Shown: positions 53,401-60,861 of the stretch, piece after piece
Numbering within the stretch: the first letter of the stretch is position 1
Layout: every line of letters begins with the position of its first letter
NCBI GenBank assembly: GCA_964492745.1
Contig: CAZBLT010000012.1
Span: 5,162-69,161 of the forward strand
Length of the DNA stretch: 64,000 nucleotides
Direction of reading: 5' to 3'
Source of the DNA: an uncultured Anaerolineaceae bacterium
Lineage (GTDB): Bacteria; Chloroflexota; Anaerolineae; Anaerolineales; E44-bin32
Program-made: the position numbers and the translations under genes
The notes under the pieces: model-generated
Seen by the model: the letters and a program-made list of their open reading frames with translations, nothing else
The model's database searches: none
Told to the model about the DNA's origin: nothing

Positions 53401-54220
53401 CCCGGGGCTGCTCCTCGCCGTCACAGCAGGTATCAGTCACCAGGAGGGCGCCCTCCTCATGGGAAAGTCTGTGGACTTGCGGTCCGTAGGCTTGCAGGAG
53501 GGTTTCCGAGGCCAGGACCGCGTCCGGCGAGCCGTAGGCGATGACGCGGCGGTTGAGCAGCAAAATGCGATCGAAGTGTTCTGCTGCCAGGCCAAGATCA
53601 TGGGTGGCGATGAGAATGGTGACTCCCAGGGCGCGCAGTTCTTGAAGAATCTGGAGAATGGCCGCCAAACTAGGTGCGTCCAGGCCGGTGAGCGGCTCAT
53701 CCAGCAGAATCACCTCCGCTTCCTGAGCCAGTGCCTGCGCTAGGAAGACGCGTTGCTGTTGCCCGCCGGAGAGCTCCCCGATCTGGCGTCCGGCTGCGTG
53801 GCGCATGCCCACACGGTCTAGGGCCTCACGCACGAATTGCCAATCCTTGGAGGTGGGCCAGCGGAAGAGACCGATCTTGCGGATGCGGCCCATCATCACC
53901 ACTTCATCGACGCTTACCGGAAAGTTCCAGTCGACCTGGCTGCGCTGCGGCACATAGGCGATGCACACATGGCCGCGAGGCCCATGGCCGAAGATCTCCA
54001 CCCGGCCTTCGGTCGGCTCAAGCGTGCCGGCGATGACCTGTATAAGAGTCGTTTTTCCCGCGCCGTTTGGCCCCACGATGGCCACCTGCTCGCCCGGCGG
54101 GATCTCGAGATGGATATCCTCCAAGGCGATCGTCCCCTCATGCCTTACCCAGACGTGCTCTAGCCTGATCGGCGGAGCGCTCACGTCGTGCTCATGGAAG
54201 CGTGCAGTCAGGCTGGCCAT
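53393..54220 (-). CDS. znuC: Metal ABC transporter ATP-binding protein
   Basis: Walker A GPNGAGKTT, signature LSGGQQQR, Walker B ILLDEP. Confidence 0.92.
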   Translation of the reverse strand: MASLTARFHEHDVSAPPIRLEHVWVRHEGTIALEDIHLEIPPGEQVAIVGPNGAGKTTLIQVIAGTLEPTEGRVEIFGHGPRGHVCIAYVPQRSQVDWNFPVSVDEVVMMGRIRKIGLFRWPTSKDWQFVREALDRVGMRHAAGRQIGELSGGQQQRVFLAQALAQEAEVILLDEPLTGLDAPSLAAILQILQELRALGVTILIATHDLGLAAEHFDRILLLNRRVIAYGSPDAVLASETLLQAYGPQVHRLSHEEGALLVTDTCCDGEEQPRDV

Positions 54221-54238
54221 AGATGGTCTCCGATGGGC

Positions 54239-55291
54239 TCAGGGGGCAAGGGCGCGGACGATGGCCTCGACATTGTACTGCATCATGGCAATGTAGCTGG
54301 GCGCCTCGCCCGATGGCGGAGTGAGCGTGCCAATGTAAAGCGGCACGACAGGCACGCCTACGTCCTGCGCCAGCCGGGCGGCAAGCCGCGGGTTGAGACT
54401 GCGCTCTACGAAAATGGCCGCCACGTCACGCTCACGGATGACTTCCTGGAGGATTCCGAGCGCCTGCGAGGAGGGCTCGGCGGCGGTGCTGTAGGCCGGG
54501 ATGACGGCGCCAACCATTTCAAAACCGTAGCGGTGTGCGAAATATCCCAGGGCGAGGTGATCAGCCACAAGCATGCGGCGCGCGGGAGGGATCTCTTCCA
54601 CTCGTTTTAGGATCCACTCATGCAGCTCCCGGAGCGCATTTTGGTATTCCTGAGCGCGCTGCCTGTAGGTTTCGGCGCGGACGGGATCCCGGCGGCTGAG
54701 TGCCTGCTGAGCGTTCTCGGTCCAGTGAATGACTTGGAGCGGATCGAGCCAGACGTGGGGGTCGAGATCAGCGTCGAGCAATTCATCCGGCGGGTGCTGT
54801 TCATCCGTTTGCATGGGCCAATCACGCGCATTGACTCCTTCCGACAGGGAGACGACAGGGATACCATCCAGTGAGAGTGTGGAGAGGGTGGACTCCAGCG
54901 GGGCCTCCAGGCCTAGACCGTTGATGAGGATCAGGTCGGCCTGGGTCAAGGCTTGCAGGTCTCCTGGCGTAGGTTGGTACGCGTGGGGATCGGCGCCCAA
55001 GGGTATCAACGGAGTCAATTCTATGTCCGAGCCGCCCACGTTGCGCACGACATCGGCGACGACATTGGTTGTGGCGACGACCTTCAGGCGACCGTTTGCG
55101 GGCAGCGGAGCGGGCTGGAGGGCATCGATAGGTGTGAGAAAGGCCTGCTCGTGTCCTCGAGATTTCGGGGCATTTGCACAGCCCCCCAACAATATAAAGG
55201 CGATCATCCATGCAAGGAAGATCGGCCTCGCCATGGCATGCAGGGGGCTGCCTGACTGGCGGATGACGGAGCTGCGCGAGGCTGCGGTCAT
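54239..55291 (-). CDS. znuA: Metal ABC transporter substrate-binding lipoprotein (ZnuA/TroA-like)
   Basis: Lipobox FILLGGC, DPHAYQPTP, DPHVWLDP. The ATG at 55291 overlaps the zur stop as ATGA; the alternative ATG is at 55234. The upstream part of the 460-aa track ORF is rejected because it overlaps zur. Confidence 0.85.
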   Translation of the reverse strand: MTAASRSSVIRQSGSPLHAMARPIFLAWMIAFILLGGCANAPKSRGHEQAFLTPIDALQPAPLPANGRLKVVATTNVVADVVRNVGGSDIELTPLIPLGADPHAYQPTPGDLQALTQADLILINGLGLEAPLESTLSTLSLDGIPVVSLSEGVNARDWPMQTDEQHPPDELLDADLDPHVWLDPLQVIHWTENAQQALSRRDPVRAETYRQRAQEYQNALRELHEWILKRVEEIPPARRMLVADHLALGYFAHRYGFEMVGAVIPAYSTAAEPSSQALGILQEVIRERDVAAIFVERSLNPRLAARLAQDVGVPVVPLYIGTLTPPSGEAPSYIAMMQYNVEAIVRALAP

Positions 55292-55749
55292 GATGCGCCC
55301 TCCTGGCAATTCGGGCAGAGCCCCTGGAATTCGAGCATATGCTCCTGGATGAGGAAGCCGGTCTCCCGCTGAATGCGCGCAACGAGGTCCTTCAGGTTCT
55401 CTGTGCCGGGGAACTCGACAACATACTGGCAGTTGCGGCATATGAGATGGTGTCCATGGGCGAGCAGTGTGCGCGCATAGCCGTGGCAGCCATCGGAGAG
55501 GTGCACGCGCCGCACGAACCCCAGCCGGGCGAAGAGATCGAGGGTTCGATAGACCGTCACCAGGCTCAGCGAAGGGCACAAGGGCCTGGCGTTTGCTAGC
55601 AGGTCTTCGGGCCGCTGCCAATCCTGGCTCTGAGCCAGGGCTTTGATGAGAGCCCGGCGTGTGCGGGTGAGGCGGGAGCCTTGCGCTCGTAGCCGCTGCA
55701 GTAACGCCTGCTCCCAGGCGGCGGCATTATTATTGATAATTTCTTTCAT
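55288..55749 (-). CDS. zur: Fur-family metalloregulator, probably Zur
   Basis: The wHTH includes VTVYRTLDLF. Metal sites HGHHLICRNC and CPNC are present. First gene of zur-znuA-znuC-znuB. Confidence 0.9.
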   Translation of the reverse strand: MKEIINNNAAAWEQALLQRLRAQGSRLTRTRRALIKALAQSQDWQRPEDLLANARPLCPSLSLVTVYRTLDLFARLGFVRRVHLSDGCHGYARTLLAHGHHLICRNCQYVVEFPGTENLKDLVARIQRETGFLIQEHMLEFQGLCPNCQEGAS

Positions 55750-55752
55750 TAT
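55726..55752. promoter_or_regulatory. Candidate Fur/Zur-box-like AT-rich inverted repeats overlapping the zur start codon
   Basis: CATTATTATTGATAATTTCTTTCATTATGG contains ATTAT-TG-ATAAT (55729-55740) and ATAAT-N7-ATTAT (55736-55752). The stretch is nearly pure A/T in a GC-rich genome. It includes TGATAAT, a Fur-box half-site. Confidence 0.3.
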
Positions 55753-56045
55753 GGTCCTAGTCTAAGATCGCAAGCGGCTGGAGTCAAGGGGGAGGTTCGC
55801 GGTCCTCGGAGGATTTGGTGGAGGCCTTGGATGCTGCGCACTCTCGGCATGCCATCAAAGGGCTAGGGCAAGCTTCCTCCCTGCGAATGCTTCCATTTCT
55901 ATCTCGCCCCACGGGAGGCTGCCCTCACGATCTTTTTAGAAAGCTTAGGCGCATGCGAGTGGGGTTTGGCGTCGAGGGATTGGGAGTGAATGCTCTCGAT
56001 GTTTCAGATCTGCAGATTGCCGAGAAGGGCCGGTAGGCCACAAGC

Positions 56046-56074
56046 TTGACAGTTGCCCCCTACCGGAGTACCAT
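56046..56074 (+). promoter_or_regulatory. Sigma-70-type promoter of the lacI-ABC operon
   Basis: TTGACA (56046-56051), 17-nt spacer, TACCAT (56069-56074). Confidence 0.55.
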
Positions 56075-56081
56075 GGATTTA

Positions 56082-56105
56082 CCTTTTGGAACCGGTTCCA
56101 AAAGG
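56082..56105. promoter_or_regulatory. Perfect 24-bp palindrome, LacI-family operator
   Basis: CCTTTTGGAACCGGTTCCAAAAGG has a TGGAAC-CG-GTTCCA core, central CG, as in LacI/GalR-type operators. It starts 8 nt after the -10 and ends 18 nt before the LacI-family ATG. Confidence 0.7.
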
Positions 56106-56123
56106 CCACAAAGGGTCGCCGGC

Positions 56124-57152
56124 ATGCCTACTACCATCCGTGATGTAGCGAGGGTCGCTGGCGTGGGATTGGGCACTGTCTCCCGCGTGATCAACAACAG
56201 CCCCCAGGTGAGCGAGTCCACGCGCCGGCGTGTCTTGGATGCTATCGAGGCCCTCGATTTCCATCCCAGCCCGATCGCCCGGCGTCTTTCCCTCGGCAAG
56301 ACCCTCACCATCGCGGCCGTCGCCCCTTTCTTCACCCGCCCCGCAACGGTCGAGCGCCTGCGGGGCGTCGAAATAGCCATCGCCGGCACCGAATATGATC
56401 TGATCGTCTTCAACGTCGAGTCGCCGGAACGGCGGTATGCCACCCTGCGCGAGGTGACCTGCAGCCAGCGTGTCGATGGTGCGCTGGTGATTTCTTTGCC
56501 GCCCAGTGAGCAAGAATTGGAGATTCTCCAGAGTTCTTCCGTGCCCGTCGTCCTGATCGATATCAATAGCCCCGAAGTGAACGGGTTTTCAAGGGTGGTG
56601 ATCGACGATGTCGCGGGAGGGCGCCTGGCCACAGAACACCTGATCGGGCTGGGCCATCGGCGCATTGGATACATCAGCGATTCTTTCGATGAGCCTTCCC
56701 TCTATACGGCCAGCCGCATGCGCTATCTGGGCTATCGAGAAGCATTGCGAAAAGCAGGCATCGTTCCCGCAGAGGCTTGGCATCGGCATGGAGCGCATGG
56801 TCGCTACGAGGCTGAGCAACTCGCGCTGCATATACTCAATCTGGGGGATCCACCTACCGCCATCTTTGCCGCCAGTGATACACAGGCCATAGGGGTGATG
56901 GAAGCTGCCCGCAAGATGGGCATGAATGTTCCGAGGGATCTCTCGGTGGTTGGCTACGATGATATCGAACTCGCGGAGCATATGGGTCTCACGACAATCA
57001 GACAGCCGCTTTTTGAATCCGGCGCCGAGGGCGTGCGCTTGCTCCTACAGGTAATTGCCGACCAGGCAGCTGCGCCGGAGACGATCCGGCTTCCAACGGA
57101 GCTGGTCAAGCGACGCACCACAGCACGCCCGCCAAACGGAGGTTCCCTTTGA
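56124..57152 (+). CDS. LacI-family transcriptional regulator
   Basis: Start at MPTTIRDVARVAGVGLGTVSRVINN (HTH_LacI), followed by a periplasmic-binding-protein-like sugar-binding core. Confidence 0.9.
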   Translation: MPTTIRDVARVAGVGLGTVSRVINNSPQVSESTRRRVLDAIEALDFHPSPIARRLSLGKTLTIAAVAPFFTRPATVERLRGVEIAIAGTEYDLIVFNVESPERRYATLREVTCSQRVDGALVISLPPSEQELEILQSSSVPVVLIDINSPEVNGFSRVVIDDVAGGRLATEHLIGLGHRRIGYISDSFDEPSLYTASRMRYLGYREALRKAGIVPAEAWHRHGAHGRYEAEQLALHILNLGDPPTAIFAASDTQAIGVMEAARKMGMNVPRDLSVVGYDDIELAEHMGLTTIRQPLFESGAEGVRLLLQVIADQAAAPETIRLPTELVKRRTTARPPNGGSL

Positions 57153-57347
57153 TGCGGCCGGATCGGCAATCGCAGGCCGCGGCTGAGCCTGTTCAAGTCC
57201 GTGTCGACAGAGCCATTCCAGGCTGGGCCGGATCCTGTTCGGCCTGGGAAGGAGGGAGATTTGCATTAGAGCAAGCCCCGCATCTTCCGTTCTTGAGAAG
57301 GGCGTCTTTCTGAGCCCCCAGTAATTCGCTGAGAAAGGAGTGAGGAG

Positions 57348-59867
57348 ATGATTAAGAAATCCTGGCTGATTGGATTGCTCCTGGTCGTGGCTATGCTGGC
57401 CTCTGCCTGTGGTGGGGCCACGCCTACGCCGGGCGAGGAACCTACCAAGCCCCCCGCGCCGGAAACCGAAGCCCCCATGGTGCCGGCCGAGATCGACTGC
57501 AGTGGCATCTCGCCTGGGGATCAACTCACGGTCATGTATCAATGGTCGGGGGCCGAGGAGGAGAAGATCAACGCCATCTTCAAGCCGTTCGTCGACGCTT
57601 GTGGCGTGGAGATCGTAGCCGAATCGACCCGCGATGCCGCCGTCCTGGATGCCAAGGTGAAGAGCACGCCTCCGGATCTGGTCTTCTGGCCGACTACAGC
57701 ACCCCTGACGCTGTATGGCGATATGCTCAAGGACCTTGGACAGCTAGGGGCCAGCGCGAGCAACTACGCTGATTTCTGGCTTGACCTCGGATCGACGGGT
57801 GGAAAGTGGCTGGCGGTGCCGGTGAAGGCCGATATCAAGTCCATCATCTGGTACAGCCCGGTGCAGTTCGAAGCTTTCGGCTATCAGGTGCCGGCGACCT
57901 TCGATGAGCTCGATGCGCTGGTTGAGCAGATGGTGGCCGACGGGAATGTGCCCTGGAGCATGGGCATGGAGAGCGGCCCGGCGACAGGCTGGACGGGGTC
58001 GGACTTCATCCAGGACCTGCTCTTGACCTTCGAGGGGCCGGAGTACGTGATGGGGCTGATCAATGGCGAGATTCCCTATGACGACGAAGGTGTGGTGAAG
58101 GCCTATGAGCAGTATGTGAAGTGGGCCTCGGACGGGAAGTACACCGTCGGCGGAGCGACGGGGACGGTGAACACCGGGTTCCTGGATGCGATCTATAAGG
58201 TGTTCTCGGATCCGCCGGAGGCGATGATGGTGAAGCAGTCCGGGTTTGCGGGTGGAGAGATCGTCAAGCAATATCCGGATCTGGAATACGGCGTGGACTT
58301 TGACTTCTTTGGGTTCCCTGGGGCGCAAGGCCTGCAGGGTGGCGCCGATTTCCTGATGGCCTTCGGCGATTCGCCCGCCGCTACTGCGATGGTTAAGTAC
58401 CTGACGAGCGAGGCTGGAGGCGCGGCGTGGGCCGAGGCAGGTTTCGACCTATCTCCGAACAAGGCTGCCCTCGGTCACTATCCCGACGAGCAGCTGGCGA
58501 AGAAGGCCGAGATCTTGGCCTCCGCCACCGGCTTCACGCCGGACCTGGGTGACACGATCCCGGCGCCGTTCGGCGAGGCGGAGTGGAAGGCCATCGTCGA
58601 TGCCGTGCAGGGTGCGGACATCCCCACCGTGCTGGCAGCGGCGGCCGCCGCGCAGCGCGAGGGGCTAGCTATGGCGCCCAAGATCGATTGCAAGGGAGCC
58701 TTGGCCGGCGATCAGCTGACGGTCGTTTACCAGTGGTCAGGGGCCGAGGAGGAGAAGATCAACGCCATCTTCAAGCCCTTGGTCGACGCCTGTGGCATCG
58801 AAATCGTGGCGGAATCGACCCGCGATGCCGCCGTGCTGGATACCAAGATGAAGAGCACGCCGCCAGACTTGATATTCTGGCCCACCACCGCGCCCTTGAC
58901 ACTCTACCCCGACCAGTTGGTAGCGCTTGATCAAGTGGGCGGCGTGGCCGCCAACTACCCCGCCTTCTGGCTTGACCTCGGATCGACGGGTGGAAAGTGG
59001 CTGGCGGTGCCGGTGAAGGCCGATATCAAGTCCATCATCTGGTACAGCCCGGTGCAGTTCGAAGCTTTCGGCTATCAGGTGCCGGCGACCTTCGATGAGC
59101 TCGATGCGCTGGTTGAGCAGATGGTGGCCGACGGGAATGTGCCCTGGAGCATGGGCATGGAGAGCGGCCCGGCGACAGGCTGGACGGGGTCGGACTTCAT
59201 CCAGGACCTGCTCTTGACCTTCGAGGGGCCGGAGTACGTGATGGGGCTGATCAATGGCGAGATTCCCTATGACGACGAAGGTGTGGTGAAGGCCTATGAG
59301 CAGTATGTGAAGTGGGCCTCGGACGGGAAGTACACCGTCGGCGGAGCGACGGGGACGGTGAACACCGGGTTCCTGGATGCGATCTATAAGGTGTTCTCGG
59401 ATCCGCCGGAGGCGATGATGGTGAAGCAGTCCGGGTTTGCGGGTGGAGAGATCGTCAAGCAATATCCGGATCTGGAATACGGCGTGGACTTTGACTTCTT
59501 TGGGTTCCCTGGGGCGCAAGGCCTGCAGGGTGGCGCCGATTTCCTGATGGCCTTCGGCGATTCGCCCGCCGCTACTGCGATGGTTAAGTACCTGACGAGC
59601 GAGGCTGGAGGCGCGGCGTGGGCCGAGGCAGGTTTCGACCTATCTCCGAACAAGGCTGCCCTCGGTCACTATCCCGACGAGCAGCTGGCGAAGAAGGCCG
59701 AGATCTTGGCCTCCGCCACCGGCTTCACGCCGGACCTGGGTGACACGATCCCGGCGCCGTTCGGCGAGGCGGAGTGGAAGGCCATCGTCGATGCCGTGCA
59801 GGGTGCGGACATCCCCACCGTGCTGGCAGCGGCGGCTAGTGCGCAGAGCGAAGCTCTTGGCCGATAA
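57348..59867 (+). CDS. ABC transporter solute-binding lipoprotein with two tandem family-1 SBP modules in one ORF
   Basis: Lipobox LLVVAMLASAC. Module 1 is about residues 49-445 and module 2 about residues 446-839, with a period of 1191 nt. GGAG-rich RBS AAAGGAGTGAGGAG upstream. Confidence 0.85.
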   Translation: MIKKSWLIGLLLVVAMLASACGGATPTPGEEPTKPPAPETEAPMVPAEIDCSGISPGDQLTVMYQWSGAEEEKINAIFKPFVDACGVEIVAESTRDAAVLDAKVKSTPPDLVFWPTTAPLTLYGDMLKDLGQLGASASNYADFWLDLGSTGGKWLAVPVKADIKSIIWYSPVQFEAFGYQVPATFDELDALVEQMVADGNVPWSMGMESGPATGWTGSDFIQDLLLTFEGPEYVMGLINGEIPYDDEGVVKAYEQYVKWASDGKYTVGGATGTVNTGFLDAIYKVFSDPPEAMMVKQSGFAGGEIVKQYPDLEYGVDFDFFGFPGAQGLQGGADFLMAFGDSPAATAMVKYLTSEAGGAAWAEAGFDLSPNKAALGHYPDEQLAKKAEILASATGFTPDLGDTIPAPFGEAEWKAIVDAVQGADIPTVLAAAAAAQREGLAMAPKIDCKGALAGDQLTVVYQWSGAEEEKINAIFKPLVDACGIEIVAESTRDAAVLDTKMKSTPPDLIFWPTTAPLTLYPDQLVALDQVGGVAANYPAFWLDLGSTGGKWLAVPVKADIKSIIWYSPVQFEAFGYQVPATFDELDALVEQMVADGNVPWSMGMESGPATGWTGSDFIQDLLLTFEGPEYVMGLINGEIPYDDEGVVKAYEQYVKWASDGKYTVGGATGTVNTGFLDAIYKVFSDPPEAMMVKQSGFAGGEIVKQYPDLEYGVDFDFFGFPGAQGLQGGADFLMAFGDSPAATAMVKYLTSEAGGAAWAEAGFDLSPNKAALGHYPDEQLAKKAEILASATGFTPDLGDTIPAPFGEAEWKAIVDAVQGADIPTVLAAAASAQSEALGR
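57774..58645 (+). repeat. Direct repeat copy 1 (872 nt, identical to 58965-59836)
   Basis: Line-by-line comparison found no mismatch at an offset of 1191 nt. Antisense track ORFs 58193..58462 and 59384..59653 translate identically. Confidence 0.95.
58965..59836 (+). repeat. Direct repeat copy 2 (872 nt, identical to 57774-58645)
   Basis: As for copy 1. Identity ends at 58646 (C) versus 59837 (T). Confidence 0.95.
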
Positions 59868-59878
59868 TCCCGAACCTT

Positions 59879-59914
59879 GCTTGTGGGGTGCCCTGCATCT
59901 GGCACCCCACAAGC
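59879..59914 (+). promoter_or_regulatory. Intercistronic 14-bp stem-loop between the SBP and permease genes
   Basis: GCTTGTGGGGTGCC-CTGCATCT-GGCACCCCACAAGC is a perfect stem with no U-tract. It lies 12 nt after the SBP stop and 33 nt before the permease ATG. Confidence 0.6.
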
Positions 59915-59946
59915 ATCATCTGGACCCATACGCGTAAGGAGGTGCC

Positions 59947-60861
59947 ATGGCTGCCCCTAAGATCATGCAGCAGGGGCGCGTCGTGCCCTGGCTCTACCTG
60001 CTTCCAGCGCTGATTGTTATCGCCGTCTTCATCCTTTATCCCACGGCTAATACCTTCCAACTGAGTTTGCGCGACCGCACCGGAAGCCAACCTGCCAATG
60101 TGGAATGCATCGAGGGCGAGCCCTGCTGGGGCCCGTTCGAGAACTATCGCTACACACTCACATCCCCGGAAATGCTGACCGCCTTGCGCAACAACGCATT
60201 GTGGATCTTGGTCATGGTACCGATCACCATCGGCATAGGACTGGTGATCGCTGTGCTCGCCGACCGGGTGCGCTATGAAAGCCTGGTGAAATCCATCATC
60301 TTCATGCCCATGGCCATTTCGTTCATAGGGGCGGGCGTCATATGGCGCTTCATGTATCACATCGAAACAGGGAGCCTCGAGCAGATCGGCGTACTCAATG
60401 CCATCCTGGTCGGGCTCGGACTGGATCCCGTGCCGTGGCTGAGCACGGCCTGGGTGAACAACTTCGCACTCATGGCCGTGGGAGTTTGGCTGTGGGCCGG
60501 CTTCTGCATGACGATTCTATCGGCGGCGCTCAAAGGTCTTCCCTCGGAAGTCATCGAGGCTGCTCGGGTGGACGGGGCCACAGAGTGGCAACTCTTCTGG
60601 CAGGTGATGATGCCGATGATCTTGCCTACCGTCACGGTTGTGCTGACGACGATGATCATCATCATCCTGAAGATCTTCGATATTGTCTTCGTGATGACGG
60701 GCGGCTTGTTTGGAACGGAAGTGATCGCAAACCGCATGTTCAAACTCATCGTCACCCATACTGGCAGGTCGACGGCCATTGCCATGTTGCTGCTGGTGCT
60801 GACCATCCCGGTGATGGTGTTCAATGTGCGGCGGTTCCGAGAGCAGGAGGCCATGCGATGA
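59947..60861 (+). CDS. Carbohydrate ABC transporter permease (MalF/UgpA-like)
   Basis: Six TM helices, with the EAA-loop region EAARVDGATEWQLFWQVMMP. Confidence 0.9.
   Translation: MAAPKIMQQGRVVPWLYLLPALIVIAVFILYPTANTFQLSLRDRTGSQPANVECIEGEPCWGPFENYRYTLTSPEMLTALRNNALWILVMVPITIGIGLVIAVLADRVRYESLVKSIIFMPMAISFIGAGVIWRFMYHIETGSLEQIGVLNAILVGLGLDPVPWLSTAWVNNFALMAVGVWLWAGFCMTILSAALKGLPSEVIEAARVDGATEWQLFWQVMMPMILPTVTVVLTTMIIIILKIFDIVFVMTGGLFGTEVIANRMFKLIVTHTGRSTAIAMLLLVLTIPVMVFNVRRFREQEAMR

Noticed and set aside
55815-56036. 73-aa ORF in the zur/lacI spacer.
   Set aside because: It has no RBS and no recognisable motif. The region is better explained as a promoter and leader region; the TTGACA promoter follows at 56046.
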